Positions 1-10,206 are shown, numbered from the stretch's first letter. The stretch: 64,000 nt of DNA from Gammaproteobacteria bacterium (GCA_038136715.1 JAYQAI010000003.1:5504-69503), one strand, 5' to 3'. Translations and numbers: made by a program. The notes: generated by a model from the sequence alone, not told the origin.

Positions 1-1235
1 GCGAAGCCTCTGCATCGCCCGCTGCGTTTTCCATGCTGGCTGACTATTTCACACCAGCGCAGCGGGCAACCGTCGCGGGCATTTACTCAAGCGGAATCTA
101 CATCGGCGCCGGTATCGGTATCTTCCTGGGCGGTCTGATCCTGGACGGCTGGCAAGGCCTCTACCCTGATTACAACGACGCACCCTTCGAATTGAAGGGC
201 TGGCACGTCGCCTTCTTTGCCGTGGGCCTGCCCGGCATTCTGATGTCGATCTGGGTGGCTTCGCTAAAAGAGCCCGTTCGAGGCATCAGTGAAGGGCTGG
301 TGACGCCACCGCATCCACACCCCTTCCGGGAGACCTGGAACGAGTTACGCGCCCTGATGCCGCTGATCAACCTGATCGGCCTTTACCAGAATGGCCCGGG
401 CTTTGCGGCCGTCCTCACAAATATCGCCGGCCTGATCGTTGTCGTCGGGGTCGCGACCCTGCTGGTCTCGCTCACGGGCGATACCGCGCAATGGGTAGCG
501 CTCGGCTTCGGCGTTTATGTCGCCTTCAGCTGGGCACAAAACCTGAAGTATGCTGATTACATTACTTTCGCCATGATGTTCCACAGCAAAACCTTCATAT
601 TCACTGTCAGCGGCATTCCCTTTATCGCTTTCATTAACTACGGGCTAGGATTCTGGGGTCCGCCTTACATGCAGCGCGCGTTCGACCTGAGTGCAGGTGA
701 TGTGGGCGTTATCATGGGACTCTGTCTTGCGGCCGGAGGCTGGATCGGGGTCACTGCCGGCGGGATTATTGCCGACCTGCTGAAGCGTCGCTACGCCATG
801 GGCCGTTTCTTTGTCTGCTTTGCCTCGGTCGTGCTCTGCGTCCCCGCTGGACTCGGCTTTGCCCTGGTTGAAAGCGTCAACTGGGCTTATTTCTGCTTCT
901 TCGCGCTGTCAGCGTTTTCGCCGATGTGGCTGGGCGCGGCAATCTCGACGGTAAATGATCTGGTGCTGCCGCGCATGCGGGCGATTGCATCAGCCTTTTA
1001 CATCCTCATGTTGACGTTTATTGGCCTCGCGCTCGGCCCCTACAGTATCGGCCTTGCCAGCGATTACATGGCATCAACCGGTGCCAGCAGCGCCGAAGCC
1101 CTGCGAACCGCTATGATGCTGGGACTGCTCGCCCTGATTCCTGCCGCCGTCAACCTTACCATCGCGGCTCTCAACCTGAAGAAGGATGAGGAGACACGAC
1201 TGGATCGTGCTCGCGCCCTTGGGGAGCCGATCTAA
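1..1235 (+). CDS. MFS transporter, 5'-truncated by the window edge
   Basis: ORF 33..1235 stays open upstream to nt 3 (EASASPAAFS precedes the listed Met). It has many hydrophobic spans and an MFS-like loop 'RATVAGIYSSGIYIGAGIGIFLGG'. Confidence 0.8.
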   Translation, partial: EASASPAAFSMLADYFTPAQRATVAGIYSSGIYIGAGIGIFLGGLILDGWQGLYPDYNDAPFELKGWHVAFFAVGLPGILMSIWVASLKEPVRGISEGLVTPPHPHPFRETWNELRALMPLINLIGLYQNGPGFAAVLTNIAGLIVVVGVATLLVSLTGDTAQWVALGFGVYVAFSWAQNLKYADYITFAMMFHSKTFIFTVSGIPFIAFINYGLGFWGPPYMQRAFDLSAGDVGVIMGLCLAAGGWIGVTAGGIIADLLKRRYAMGRFFVCFASVVLCVPAGLGFALVESVNWAYFCFFALSAFSPMWLGAAISTVNDLVLPRMRAIASAFYILMLTFIGLALGPYSIGLASDYMASTGASSAEALRTAMMLGLLALIPAAVNLTIAALNLKKDEETRLDRARALGEPI

Positions 1236-1284
1236 ACAGGTTTGCAGGTCAGAGCGGGGACAGGGGCACCCCGCCAACTGAATG

Positions 1285-2373
1285 TCAGCCTGGTCGGTTG
1301 CTGCGCCCTTCAAACAAGTGTGCTGGTCGGATCTTGTCGTACTCGCTCAACACCGGCGCAAACTCTTCCGGGGTACTGGCATGGATAATCAGGCCATCTG
1401 CGCCAGCCTCGAACTGTCCGACCCAGGCCTCAGCACAGGCTTTTGCATCACCAACAGCGGCGGGACGCCAGTCCTCGGGGATCAGCTTTTCAACCTCTGC
1501 CATCTGCTGCACCGTCGCGACACTGTCGATCAGGCCGCCGACCGAACGGACTGCCTCTGATGTCCGGAACACCTGCAACGTTTCTGGATCCCAGCCGTTG
1601 ATCCGGACCAGCATGTCGCCGTATCCCGGAATCTGCAGGTAAGTGGCCAGCCGCGCAATGATGTACTTCAGGTAAACCTCTTCCGAAACATCGCACGCCG
1701 TGGCAAACACTGACCAGTTCTTTACGGTGCCCGGCGCACGTCCCGCGGCGGCCTCACCGGCGCGCACCTGGGCAACCGAATCACCGAGCGCCTTGTCATT
1801 CATGAACGTATGCAGGTGAGTGCCATCATAGTGCCGTCCGGCATGCTCGAGGCTCTTGGGACCGAAACCGACGTAGAGCAGCGGAATGTCTTCGTCAAGA
1901 TAGGAGGCAACCGAGATGACGTCGTACTCACCCAGTGAACTTTTATATTCCATCAAGGTCTCGCCCTGCCAAAGGCGCCGCATCAGGTCGATAAAGTCCC
2001 GCTCGCGTTCGTAGGTAATCGACTGCATACCTCGGGGCATCCACATCTGCGGCACACCTTTGGCGAGACCCAGGGCGAAGCGACCTTCGGAGAGCCGGTT
2101 CAGTGTGCTGCCAATGGAAGCGGTAACCGAGGGGTGGCGCTTGTTCAGGTTGGTCGCCGAGGTGCCGATAAATATCTCACTCGTGACCGCGGCAACCGCA
2201 CCACAGATCGCTGCGATCTCCTTGTAGTCCGCCCGCTCCGATATCATCACATTACCAATTCCCAGGGCTTCGGCGTCCTGCACCTGCTGCAGGATGTCAC
2301 GGGGCGTACGGGTATGACCCGGCAAGCCGTAAAAGCCCAGCTCCGGGTACCTGGAGGTGTAGTCTGGATACAT
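1285..2373 (-). CDS. LLM-class (luciferase-like) flavin-dependent oxidoreductase
   Basis: 362-aa ORF with a luciferase-like TIM-barrel monooxygenase sequence pattern. It begins 3 nt after the stop of the BVMO gene on the same strand, so it is probably co-transcribed. Confidence 0.8.
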   Translation of the reverse strand: MYPDYTSRYPELGFYGLPGHTRTPRDILQQVQDAEALGIGNVMISERADYKEIAAICGAVAAVTSEIFIGTSATNLNKRHPSVTASIGSTLNRLSEGRFALGLAKGVPQMWMPRGMQSITYERERDFIDLMRRLWQGETLMEYKSSLGEYDVISVASYLDEDIPLLYVGFGPKSLEHAGRHYDGTHLHTFMNDKALGDSVAQVRAGEAAAGRAPGTVKNWSVFATACDVSEEVYLKYIIARLATYLQIPGYGDMLVRINGWDPETLQVFRTSEAVRSVGGLIDSVATVQQMAEVEKLIPEDWRPAAVGDAKACAEAWVGQFEAGADGLIIHASTPEEFAPVLSEYDKIRPAHLFEGRSNRPG

Positions 2374-2376
2374 TAA

Positions 2377-4014
2377 TCAGGCTCCCGCAACCTTTGAAAA
2401 CTCGAGTTCAGGGAATCCGGCATCGACCGATTCTCTGAGTTTGTCGTAATACACATCAGCGCCGCCAAAGTAGATTAAGACCCGCGGTTTCTTGTCCTCG
2501 ATGTTTGCACCCATCATCCAGGAGTTGACCTTGTAGCCTTCCGCCATCAGCGTCTGGGCATGTATCTCCTCTGTGTGCGCCGCCCAGGCATCTTCTGCCG
2601 CCTGCTGTGGGGTAAAAACATCGAACTCCTCCTGCTCCATCTTGCGGACGCAGTCCGTGATCCACTTGATATTCTGCTCGATGGAGGTCGGCAGGTTGGC
2701 GAACGGTGCCTGCGGGCCGGTAATGATGAACAGGTTCGGGAAGCCCGCTGCGCACACGCCCATGATCGAAGCAGATGTTTCCTGCCACTTGGAGCTGAGC
2801 GTGGCGCCCTGCGAATTACGAATCTCAATGGCCTCAAGCGCGCCCGTGTAGGCCTTGAAACCCGTCGCCAGCACGATGATATCGAACTCGTAATCCTGTT
2901 CCGTGGTCTTTAAGCCGGTTGCCGTGACCGCAACGATGGGCTCACGGTGCTTGATGTCGACCAGTTTCACATTGTCCCGGTTAAACGCTTCATAAAAGCC
3001 GTGATCCAGCGGCGGCCGCTTGGCAAATAGCGGATACCCGCGCGGCGTCAGCAGTTCGGCCGTATCGGGGTCGTTAACCTTCTCGCGGATCTTACTGCGA
3101 ATAAACTCCGCCGCTGCTTCGTTGGAATCAGCATCGGCGAGCAGGTCATCGAAGGTTTCAAAACAGAACCTGAAACTGCCGCGGGGCCAGTGTTCTTCGA
3201 ACACCCGCTGCACTTCCTCGGGCGGCGTATCAGCCACCGTCCGCCCCACCGGGCTGTCAAATGCCATACCGAAGACGTGATGCCGGCACTTGTTAAGTAT
3301 CTCGTCGTAGTTGTCCTTAATCTCTTTTTCCCACTCGGGTGTCATCGGCTTCTGGACAGCAGGCAGCACGTAATTAGGTGTGCGCTGGAACAGCGTCACG
3401 CTGGCAGCGGTCTCGGCCATGACCGGCAACATCTGCACCGCAGTCGCACCAGCGCCAATAATGCCAACGCGCTTGCCGGCATAGTCGAGGCCTTCCTGGG
3501 GCCAGCGGGAGGAGTGGAAACAGGGTCCTGCAAAGTCATTCATACCCTCCAGTTTCGGCATGTTGGGCTCTGAGATCATGCCCATGGCACTGATGAAATA
3601 CTTGCAGGTCCAGGTTTCACCACCACTGCTGGTCACCGTCCAGATGCCTGCTGCCGCATCAAAGGCTGCACTGGCGATCTCGGTATTCAGCTGTATGTGG
3701 GGCCACATATCACAACGGTCGGCAACGAAATGCATGTAGCGGAGGGTTTCCTCCCAGCCGGGATAGCGCTGCGACCAGGTCCAGTCCTGGAGAATTTCTT
3801 TCGAGAAAGACAAGCAGTAGTAATAGCCCTCGCTGTCGGTCGCGGCACCGGGATAACGGTTCCAGGTCCAGGTACCACCGACATCGGATGCCTTGTCAAA
3901 GACCCTGATCGACAAGCCGGCCTCGCGCAGGTAATGAATGAGGCCGAGCCCCGCAAAACCCGCGCCAATGGCGATTGCATCGAAATCCGGTTCACTGTGT
4001 TTTTTGTTGTTCAT
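2377..4014 (-). CDS. Type I Baeyer-Villiger (flavin-containing) monooxygenase
   Basis: FAD Rossmann motif 'GAGFAGLG', BVMO fingerprint FxGxxxHxxxWP = 'FAGPCFHSSRWP', and a second Rossmann motif 'GIIGAGATAVQ'. I moved the start to ATG 4014 (GAGGGA about 9 nt upstream) instead of the longest-ORF start at 4074. Confidence 0.9.
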   Translation of the reverse strand: MNNKKHSEPDFDAIAIGAGFAGLGLIHYLREAGLSIRVFDKASDVGGTWTWNRYPGAATDSEGYYYCLSFSKEILQDWTWSQRYPGWEETLRYMHFVADRCDMWPHIQLNTEIASAAFDAAAGIWTVTSSGGETWTCKYFISAMGMISEPNMPKLEGMNDFAGPCFHSSRWPQEGLDYAGKRVGIIGAGATAVQMLPVMAETAASVTLFQRTPNYVLPAVQKPMTPEWEKEIKDNYDEILNKCRHHVFGMAFDSPVGRTVADTPPEEVQRVFEEHWPRGSFRFCFETFDDLLADADSNEAAAEFIRSKIREKVNDPDTAELLTPRGYPLFAKRPPLDHGFYEAFNRDNVKLVDIKHREPIVAVTATGLKTTEQDYEFDIIVLATGFKAYTGALEAIEIRNSQGATLSSKWQETSASIMGVCAAGFPNLFIITGPQAPFANLPTSIEQNIKWITDCVRKMEQEEFDVFTPQQAAEDAWAAHTEEIHAQTLMAEGYKVNSWMMGANIEDKKPRVLIYFGGADVYYDKLRESVDAGFPELEFSKVAGA

Positions 4015-4106
4015 AACGCCACATCCCTCTTCTTGACTTAGTCCTGGCGAACTCCTAGGTTGATTAAAATTCAAGCAAGCGCTGAGTACAAGCGAGGGGA
4101 GACGGC

Positions 4107-4913
4107 ATGGGATACCTGGCGAGGGAGAACGGCAAGCACATCTACTATGAGGATTACGGCCACGGTAACGCTGCGCTCATCCTGATTCATGGCTGGGGCA
4201 TGGGCGTTCGCACCTGGGACTACACACTGCCGCGCCTGGCCGGTGCGGGCAAGCGCATCGTCTTGCTCGACCACCGGGGTTGCGGTCAGTCAGACAAAGA
4301 CTTTGCCGACATGGGTGTGCAGGCTATCGCCGATGATGTCGTGGCGCTTATTGCCTCCCTCGGACTCACCAAAGTCGTCCTGAACGGCTGGTCTCTGGGC
4401 GGCGCCGTCGCAGTAGAGGCAGCACACCAGCTGGGCGATGCCTGTGCCGGCCTGGTGCTCACCTGTGCCGCTACCCCGTGCTATCTGCAAAAAGACGGCT
4501 TCCCTCACGGCGGCACCGAAGATGCGCTCGCAGAAACGCTGGCGGCCATGGCTGCGGACCGGGTTAACTTCCTCTCGGGTCTCGCTGCCGGCGTCTGCGC
4601 CGCCGAGGTATCTGACACGGTGATCGAATGGATGCGGGAAATTTTCATGCAAGCCTCTCCCCTTGCTGCCCAGGCGCTCGGGGAACTCGGGCCGCTGGAC
4701 CAGCGCTCGATCCTGGCGGAGCTGTCGATGCCGATACTATCGTTTGTTGGTGCTAATGATGCGGTAGTCGACCCCAACGTCTGCCGTTCTATCGCAGATT
4801 ACAACAACGGCACAGTCCTGGTGGAGTGCGAGGCATCGGGTCATGCGCCATTTATCGAGGAGCCTGACCTGTACCATGAGCACCTCACGGCATTTATCGA
4901 TGCCCACCTTTGA
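4107..4913 (+). CDS. alpha/beta-fold hydrolase (esterase-type)
   Basis: 'LIHGWG' oxyanion region, nucleophile elbow 'GWSLGG' (GxSxG), and C-terminal 'SGHAPF' histidine region. GAGGGGAG Shine-Dalgarno before the ATG. Confidence 0.85.
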   Translation: MGYLARENGKHIYYEDYGHGNAALILIHGWGMGVRTWDYTLPRLAGAGKRIVLLDHRGCGQSDKDFADMGVQAIADDVVALIASLGLTKVVLNGWSLGGAVAVEAAHQLGDACAGLVLTCAATPCYLQKDGFPHGGTEDALAETLAAMAADRVNFLSGLAAGVCAAEVSDTVIEWMREIFMQASPLAAQALGELGPLDQRSILAELSMPILSFVGANDAVVDPNVCRSIADYNNGTVLVECEASGHAPFIEEPDLYHEHLTAFIDAHL

Positions 4914-4925
4914 AGGAGGCCCGGC

Positions 4926-5930
4926 ATGACGGCAACTGTAAACTATGGCCTTTGGTACGACTTTCGCAATCCAGCCCGATGGGCGATGCCGTTTGAGGCC
5001 TTCTATGCTGAACGCCTGGCACAGATCAGCGCAGCGGAAGATCTCGGTTTCGATTCCTGCTGGCTGACTGAGCATCACTTCTGTGAAGACGGTTACACGC
5101 CCTCACCGCTGGTGATCGCAGCTTCGATTTTAACCGGAAGCCGACAGATGCGGGTTGGCACTAATCTGATGCTGTTGCCCCTGCATGACCCCGTCAGGAT
5201 GGCAGAGGATGTAGCGACTTTGTCACTCCTGAGTGCCGGTCGTTTCGATCTTGGCGTCGGCATCGGTTACCGCCAGCTTGAGTTCGACCACTTCGGACGT
5301 AAATTGTCCCACCGCCCCAGCCTTGTCGAAGAAGGCATCGAGGTTCTGCGCCGCAGCTGGCGTGGTGAACCCGTTAACTTTTCCGGCAAACGTTTTGACA
5401 TCGGTGATGTCCGCGTGACACCAGCCCCCGAAACCGAGCCCAAAATTTACCTTGGCGGCATGGTGGAACCCGCGATTCAGCGCGCTGCTCGCATCGCAGA
5501 CGGCTTCCTCTGCACCGGCGGCATCGGCCTCGACATCTATAACGAGGCGCTGCTGAATCAGGGCAAATCGATCAACGACGGCGATATTATCCTAGGCTGC
5601 TGGGCCATTATTGCTGAAGATCCCGAAAAGGAAGCCGCCGCCATCGGCGAGCATGTGCTCTACCACATCAATGAGTACATTAAGTGGGGCGCTTTCGGTC
5701 CGCCAGAAGAAACACCCCTGTTTGAAGACCCTATGAGTGCGATCGAAAACGGTTTGTATGAACTCTGGGATGCCGACACGGCCGTGACAGAACTGTCGAA
5801 ACTGCTGGCGACCTATCCAAACATTCGCGATATCCACTTCTGGGCCCAGTTCCCAGGTGAGTCCGTCGAGTCCGGCAATCGGCGGCTGCAGTATATTGCG
5901 GATGCGGTACTGCCAAGGCTGCGCCCATGA
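4926..5930 (+). CDS. LLM-class (luciferase-like) flavin-dependent oxidoreductase
   Basis: 334-aa ORF with a luciferase-like monooxygenase pattern ('FDSCWLTEHHF', 'GRFDLGVGIGY'). 12-nt gap after the esterase gene. Confidence 0.8.
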   Translation: MTATVNYGLWYDFRNPARWAMPFEAFYAERLAQISAAEDLGFDSCWLTEHHFCEDGYTPSPLVIAASILTGSRQMRVGTNLMLLPLHDPVRMAEDVATLSLLSAGRFDLGVGIGYRQLEFDHFGRKLSHRPSLVEEGIEVLRRSWRGEPVNFSGKRFDIGDVRVTPAPETEPKIYLGGMVEPAIQRAARIADGFLCTGGIGLDIYNEALLNQGKSINDGDIILGCWAIIAEDPEKEAAAIGEHVLYHINEYIKWGAFGPPEETPLFEDPMSAIENGLYELWDADTAVTELSKLLATYPNIRDIHFWAQFPGESVESGNRRLQYIADAVLPRLRP

Positions 5931-7060
5931 ACAAACCCTTTATTGTCGACATGGACTCCCATGTCATGGAACCACCGGATCTCTGGGAAAATTACCTTGA
6001 GTCCCGATACCAGGACCGTGGCATTCACATCAGGCTGAATGCCGATGGCCTCGAGGAACTGATTGTCGACGGCCAGGTACTGCTGGCAGGCCGGCTCGCC
6101 GTGCTCGGTGGCGTTGATCACTACGCGCCCGAACTATTCATGAAACCGGAGATCCCGTACCTCGAAGGCTGCCCAAAAGCGAGCTACGACACGGATGCAA
6201 GGGTCGCACTGCTGGACCAGTGGGGGGTCGATGCCGGCGTGGTCTTCCCGACGATAGGTATCCTCTGGGACAAAGAGGAGGACCCTGAGCTGGCCATGGC
6301 CTACGCCCGCGCCTACAACAACTGGCAGTGGGATTTCGCATCGCCGGCGCTGGATCGCATCATCCCGATCGCCCATGTCCCCTTGTATGACGTTGACCTG
6401 GCACTGAGCGAACTGAGGCGCTGTATCAAACTGGGCTTCAAGGGCATGTTCCTGGCACCGGAACCGGTCGGCGGCAAGCGTCCGTCACACCCCGATTTCG
6501 ACCCTCTCTGGCAGGAACTCGTCGCCGCTGACCTGCCAATCTGTGTGCACCTGATCGTGCGCTTTAACCGGTCGGTGAATGCAGCCAGCAGCTGGTGGAA
6601 CAGTGCAGTCGAGCCCATGAATGTGGTCTTCGGCTTCGGCCTCGGCGGCACCATGCAATTGCTCCCGGCAACAGCGGCTCTTGCCTGCGATGGCCTGTTC
6701 GACCGCTTCCCGAAACTGAAAGTCGCGATGGTCGAATCCGGTGCCGGCTACGCCAGCTACCTGATGGACCGACTCGACGAAAAATTCGACCGGTTCGGCG
6801 ACGTCACGCCGATCAAACGCAGACCGTCTGAATACATTCGTGAGAATTTCTGGTTTGTCATGGACCCCGGCGAGCGTTCCATTGACGCCCAGTGTGATCT
6901 CGTCGGTGAAACACAGTTTCTCTGGGGCAGCGACTACCCGCATATCGACTCACATGCAAACGCCGTTGACGAGGTGCTGACTTCGCTCGCACCGATGGCG
7001 GAGTCCAGACGCAACCTGGTACTGGGTGGCAACGCCAGGGCACTGTTCAATCTGAGTTGA
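5927..7060 (+). CDS. amidohydrolase_2 family metal-dependent hydrolase (lactonase/decarboxylase-type)
   Basis: N-terminal metal-ligand region 'VDMDSHV' and C-terminal 'WGSDYPHID' motif. ATGA start/stop overlap with the upstream LLM gene. Confidence 0.8.
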   Translation: MNKPFIVDMDSHVMEPPDLWENYLESRYQDRGIHIRLNADGLEELIVDGQVLLAGRLAVLGGVDHYAPELFMKPEIPYLEGCPKASYDTDARVALLDQWGVDAGVVFPTIGILWDKEEDPELAMAYARAYNNWQWDFASPALDRIIPIAHVPLYDVDLALSELRRCIKLGFKGMFLAPEPVGGKRPSHPDFDPLWQELVAADLPICVHLIVRFNRSVNAASSWWNSAVEPMNVVFGFGLGGTMQLLPATAALACDGLFDRFPKLKVAMVESGAGYASYLMDRLDEKFDRFGDVTPIKRRPSEYIRENFWFVMDPGERSIDAQCDLVGETQFLWGSDYPHIDSHANAVDEVLTSLAPMAESRRNLVLGGNARALFNLS

Positions 7061-7063
7061 CGC

Positions 7064-7651
7064 CTAGGGCCCGAGTGGTTGCAGGCTGATGTGTCGAAAC
7101 CTCACCTCTCCACCGTTGGCACGTTGCAGCGCGAGATAGCCATGCTGCTTTTCAGGCAGCTCAAGCCGCGACACCTCAACGTCGTTCAGTGTGATGACAA
7201 TCGCTTTTCCTGTAACGAGGATGTCGTAGCGGTTCCACTGGCCGGTGGTATCCAGTCGGACCTTGGGCCTGACCTGGGTAACGATCGCGCCGGTACGATA
7301 TTCCTGGCGCGGATGGTCATCCCAGATGTTGATCTCGTAGCAGGTCATCGGGTTGATATCAGCGGGGTCAGCACAGTGCACGAAAATGCCGGAGTTAACC
7401 TGGCCGTCGACCCAGAACTCGACGCTGAGTCGGTATTGTTCAAACACAGCATCCGAGACAAGGTACCCGTCTTCGCCGGACTGCAGCACGATACTGCCGT
7501 CTGCCACCCACCATTTGGCATTGTCGAGCGAGCGCCAGCCACTGAGGCTCTGGCCGTCGAACAGGCTGATTTCAGTCTGCGGTGATACAGCACAGCCCGC
7601 CAACGTTATCAGCAGTAGGAAAGTTAGCGTGCGGCAATTCGGGTAAGACAT
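7064..7651 (-). CDS. DUF1080 (3-keto-disaccharide hydrolase-like) lipoprotein
   Basis: Lipobox 'LLITLAGC' at the N-terminus. DUF1080-type blocks 'LFDGQSLSGW', 'NSGIF', 'YEINIWDD', 'TGAIV'. Confidence 0.7.
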   Translation of the reverse strand: MSYPNCRTLTFLLLITLAGCAVSPQTEISLFDGQSLSGWRSLDNAKWWVADGSIVLQSGEDGYLVSDAVFEQYRLSVEFWVDGQVNSGIFVHCADPADINPMTCYEINIWDDHPRQEYRTGAIVTQVRPKVRLDTTGQWNRYDILVTGKAIVITLNDVEVSRLELPEKQHGYLALQRANGGEVRFRHISLQPLGP

Positions 7652-7742
7652 ACGCGGTAAAGCCTAGCATGGTCCGGTCAACACCTGACACCGGTTCGTG
7701 GTAAGATGCGCGCCCGCAAAATTCAATCAAGTGTTTCAAGTC

Positions 7743-8795
7743 ATGACCACCAATACCGATGACCTGCGTATTCTGGAAACCCAGGAACTGATCTCGCCGG
7801 TCGCTCTGATCGAGGAACTACCCGTCACCAGTACCGTCAGTGAGACGGTCTCCGCCGCGCGCGAGGGTATTCATCGCGTTCTCGCCGGTGAGGATGATCG
7901 TCTGGTGGTGATCACGGGTCCGTGCTCGATCCACGATCCTGCAGCTGCACTCGAATATGGCTCACGCCTGAAGCCACTCGCCGATGAACTAAAAGAAGAC
8001 CTCTGCATCATCATGCGGGTCTACTTCGAGAAACCGAGAACAACCGTTGGCTGGAAGGGGCTGATCAATGATCCCGACCTTAACGACACCTTCCAGATCA
8101 ACAAGGGACTGCATCTGGCACGCCAGCTGCTGCTCGACCTGGGCGAAATGGGGATACCCTGTGGCACCGAGTACCTCGACCTGATCAGCCCGCAGTACCT
8201 GGCTGATCTGATCTCGTGGGGTGCAATCGGTGCCAGGACGACAGAAAGCCAGACGCACCGCGAGCTCGCCTCTGGCTTGAGCTGCCCTGTCGGTTTCAAG
8301 AACGGCACGGCCGGTGACATCCAGGTGGCTGTTGATGCCATCAAATCGGCCTCGCAACCTCACCACTTCCTCTCGGTCACCAAGGGCGGTCATTCTGCGA
8401 TTTTCAAGACAGCCGGCAACCAGGACTGCCATCTGATTCTGCGCGGCGGGAAAACACCGAACTACGATATGTTCTCAGCTGAAGACACCGCCGGCCTGCT
8501 CGATAAAGCCGGCCTGCCGGCCCGCATCATGATTGATGCAAGTCATGCCAACAGTCGCAAACTGCCGCTGCGCCAGATACACGTGACTCAGGATATCGCG
8601 ACCCAGATCGCCCGCGGCAACCAGGACATTTTCGGCATCATGCTGGAAAGCCACCTGGTCGAGGGGCGCCAGAATGTCGTCGAGGGCCAGCCGCTGACTT
8701 ATGGTCAAAGCATCACCGATGCCTGCATCAGCTGGGAAGATACCGACACCCTGCTCCGCGATCTGGCAAAGGCAGTGAGTCAGCGTCGCGGCTGA
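7743..8795 (+). CDS. aroG: 3-deoxy-7-phosphoheptulonate (DAHP) synthase, class I
   Basis: Collinear with E. coli AroG/F/H: 'DDLRI', 'GPCSIHDP', 'VYFEKPRTTVGWKGLINDP', 'SWGAIGARTTESQ.HRELASGLSCPVGFKNGT', 'ITDACI.WEDTD'. Isozyme and feedback specificity cannot be told from sequence. Start set to ATG 7743. Confidence 0.95.
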   Translation: MTTNTDDLRILETQELISPVALIEELPVTSTVSETVSAAREGIHRVLAGEDDRLVVITGPCSIHDPAAALEYGSRLKPLADELKEDLCIIMRVYFEKPRTTVGWKGLINDPDLNDTFQINKGLHLARQLLLDLGEMGIPCGTEYLDLISPQYLADLISWGAIGARTTESQTHRELASGLSCPVGFKNGTAGDIQVAVDAIKSASQPHHFLSVTKGGHSAIFKTAGNQDCHLILRGGKTPNYDMFSAEDTAGLLDKAGLPARIMIDASHANSRKLPLRQIHVTQDIATQIARGNQDIFGIMLESHLVEGRQNVVEGQPLTYGQSITDACISWEDTDTLLRDLAKAVSQRRG

Positions 8796-8797
8796 TC

Positions 8798-10186
8798 ATG
8801 TCCTTAGCGTCTGCACTGGCATCCCTGCTCGGGCCTGAATCAGTCTCGACAGAGGCGGACGACCTTGAAGCCTACGGTCTGGACTGGACCCGTTTCTACC
8901 AGCCAGCACCTGCAGCGGTAGTTTTCCCTCGTTCAACAGAGGAGGTTGTAGCACTCGTCCAATATGCCAGGCAGGAGAAAATCGGTCTTGTACCTTCCGG
9001 TGGCAGAACGGGTCTTTCAGGCGGCGCCTGCGCTCTGCATGGTGAAATCGTCGTTTCCTTTGAGCGAATGAACGAGCTGCTGGAACTCAATACTGAAGAG
9101 CCTTCCGCCACCGTCCAGTCCGGCTTTATCACCGCCAATCTGCAGCAAAGGGCCAGTGACAGCAATCTTTATTACCCGGTCGACTTTGCCTCAAGTGGTT
9201 CAAGCCACATTGGCGGCAACATTGCCACCAACGCGGGCGGTATTCGCGTCATTCGTTACGGCATGACCCGCGACTGGGTATCCGGACTGAAGGTTGTGAC
9301 GGGGACTGGCGAGGTCCTCGACCTGAATCGCGGCCTCATCAAGAACAACACGGGCTATGACCTGCGCCATCTGTTTATTGGCAGCGAGGGCACGCTGGGG
9401 TTTATTGTTGAAGCGACCCTGCGACTGACGCAACCACCCGAGCCCACATCGGTTCTACTGCTGGCAACGGACGCGATGGCAAACTGCCTGCCGCTGCTGC
9501 AGGCCTTCCAGCAGGCCCTGACAATCAATGCTTTCGAATTTTTTTCGGACAATGCGCTGTCACATGTCCTTGCGACCAGCGACCTGGAAGCCCCGTTCGC
9601 CGCTCGCAGCCCCTACTACGTCCTGATCGAAGTGGCGCATACGTCCGCTGACGCAAACACCAGGATAGAAACGGCATTCAGCCGCTGTCTTGATGCCGGC
9701 TCCTGCTTAGACGCCATTCTCAGCAGCAGTGAGCAGCAGTCCCGGAATCTCTGGCAATACCGGGAACGCATCTCTGAGGCCATCACTCCACGCACGCCCT
9801 ACAAGAACGATATTTCGGTTCGCGTCACAGATACACCGGCCCTGCTGCAGCGGGTTGAGGCGGCAACTTCGAGCCTGTATCCAGACCTCGAAATTGTCTG
9901 GTTCGGTCATATCGGCGACGGTAATCTGCATCTTAACGTGCTCCGACCGGAAACCCAGAGCGTCGCCGCCTTCAAGCAGGATTGTGACAAACTGAGTAAA
10001 ACGGTGCTGGAGATTGTGCAACAGATGGGCGGCAGTGTTTCCGCCGAACACGGTGTCGGGCTCTTAAAGAAACCCCATCTGCTTTATTCAAGATCGGCGG
10101 CTGAGCTTGCCGCACTGAAAGGATTAAAGCAGGTCTTCGACCCTGACGGGATCATGAACCCCGGCAAGGTCTTTGACCTGTCCTGA
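8798..10186 (+). CDS. FAD-binding oxidoreductase, GlcD / D-2-hydroxyacid dehydrogenase family
   Basis: FAD_binding_4-type block 'LVPSGGRTGLSGGA' and C-terminal 'SAEHGVGLLKK' ... 'DPDGIMNPGKV'. The ATG lies 2 nt after the DAHP synthase stop. Confidence 0.9.
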   Translation: MSLASALASLLGPESVSTEADDLEAYGLDWTRFYQPAPAAVVFPRSTEEVVALVQYARQEKIGLVPSGGRTGLSGGACALHGEIVVSFERMNELLELNTEEPSATVQSGFITANLQQRASDSNLYYPVDFASSGSSHIGGNIATNAGGIRVIRYGMTRDWVSGLKVVTGTGEVLDLNRGLIKNNTGYDLRHLFIGSEGTLGFIVEATLRLTQPPEPTSVLLLATDAMANCLPLLQAFQQALTINAFEFFSDNALSHVLATSDLEAPFAARSPYYVLIEVAHTSADANTRIETAFSRCLDAGSCLDAILSSSEQQSRNLWQYRERISEAITPRTPYKNDISVRVTDTPALLQRVEAATSSLYPDLEIVWFGHIGDGNLHLNVLRPETQSVAAFKQDCDKLSKTVLEIVQQMGGSVSAEHGVGLLKKPHLLYSRSAAELAALKGLKQVFDPDGIMNPGKVFDLS

Positions 10187-10206
10187 CTTGACCTGATCGA
10201 CAGTAA

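Noticed and set aside
4060-4074. TTGA-N7-TCAA imperfect dyad (and a CCTAGG site at 4054) in the BVMO/esterase divergent spacer.
   Set aside because: The arms are only 4 bp long and internal positions do not pair. It is too weak to call an operator.
8116-8131. Sigma54-like TGGCACGccagCTGCt inside the DAHP synthase gene.
   Set aside because: It lies in the middle of a conserved coding region with no downstream gene start. It is probably a chance match.
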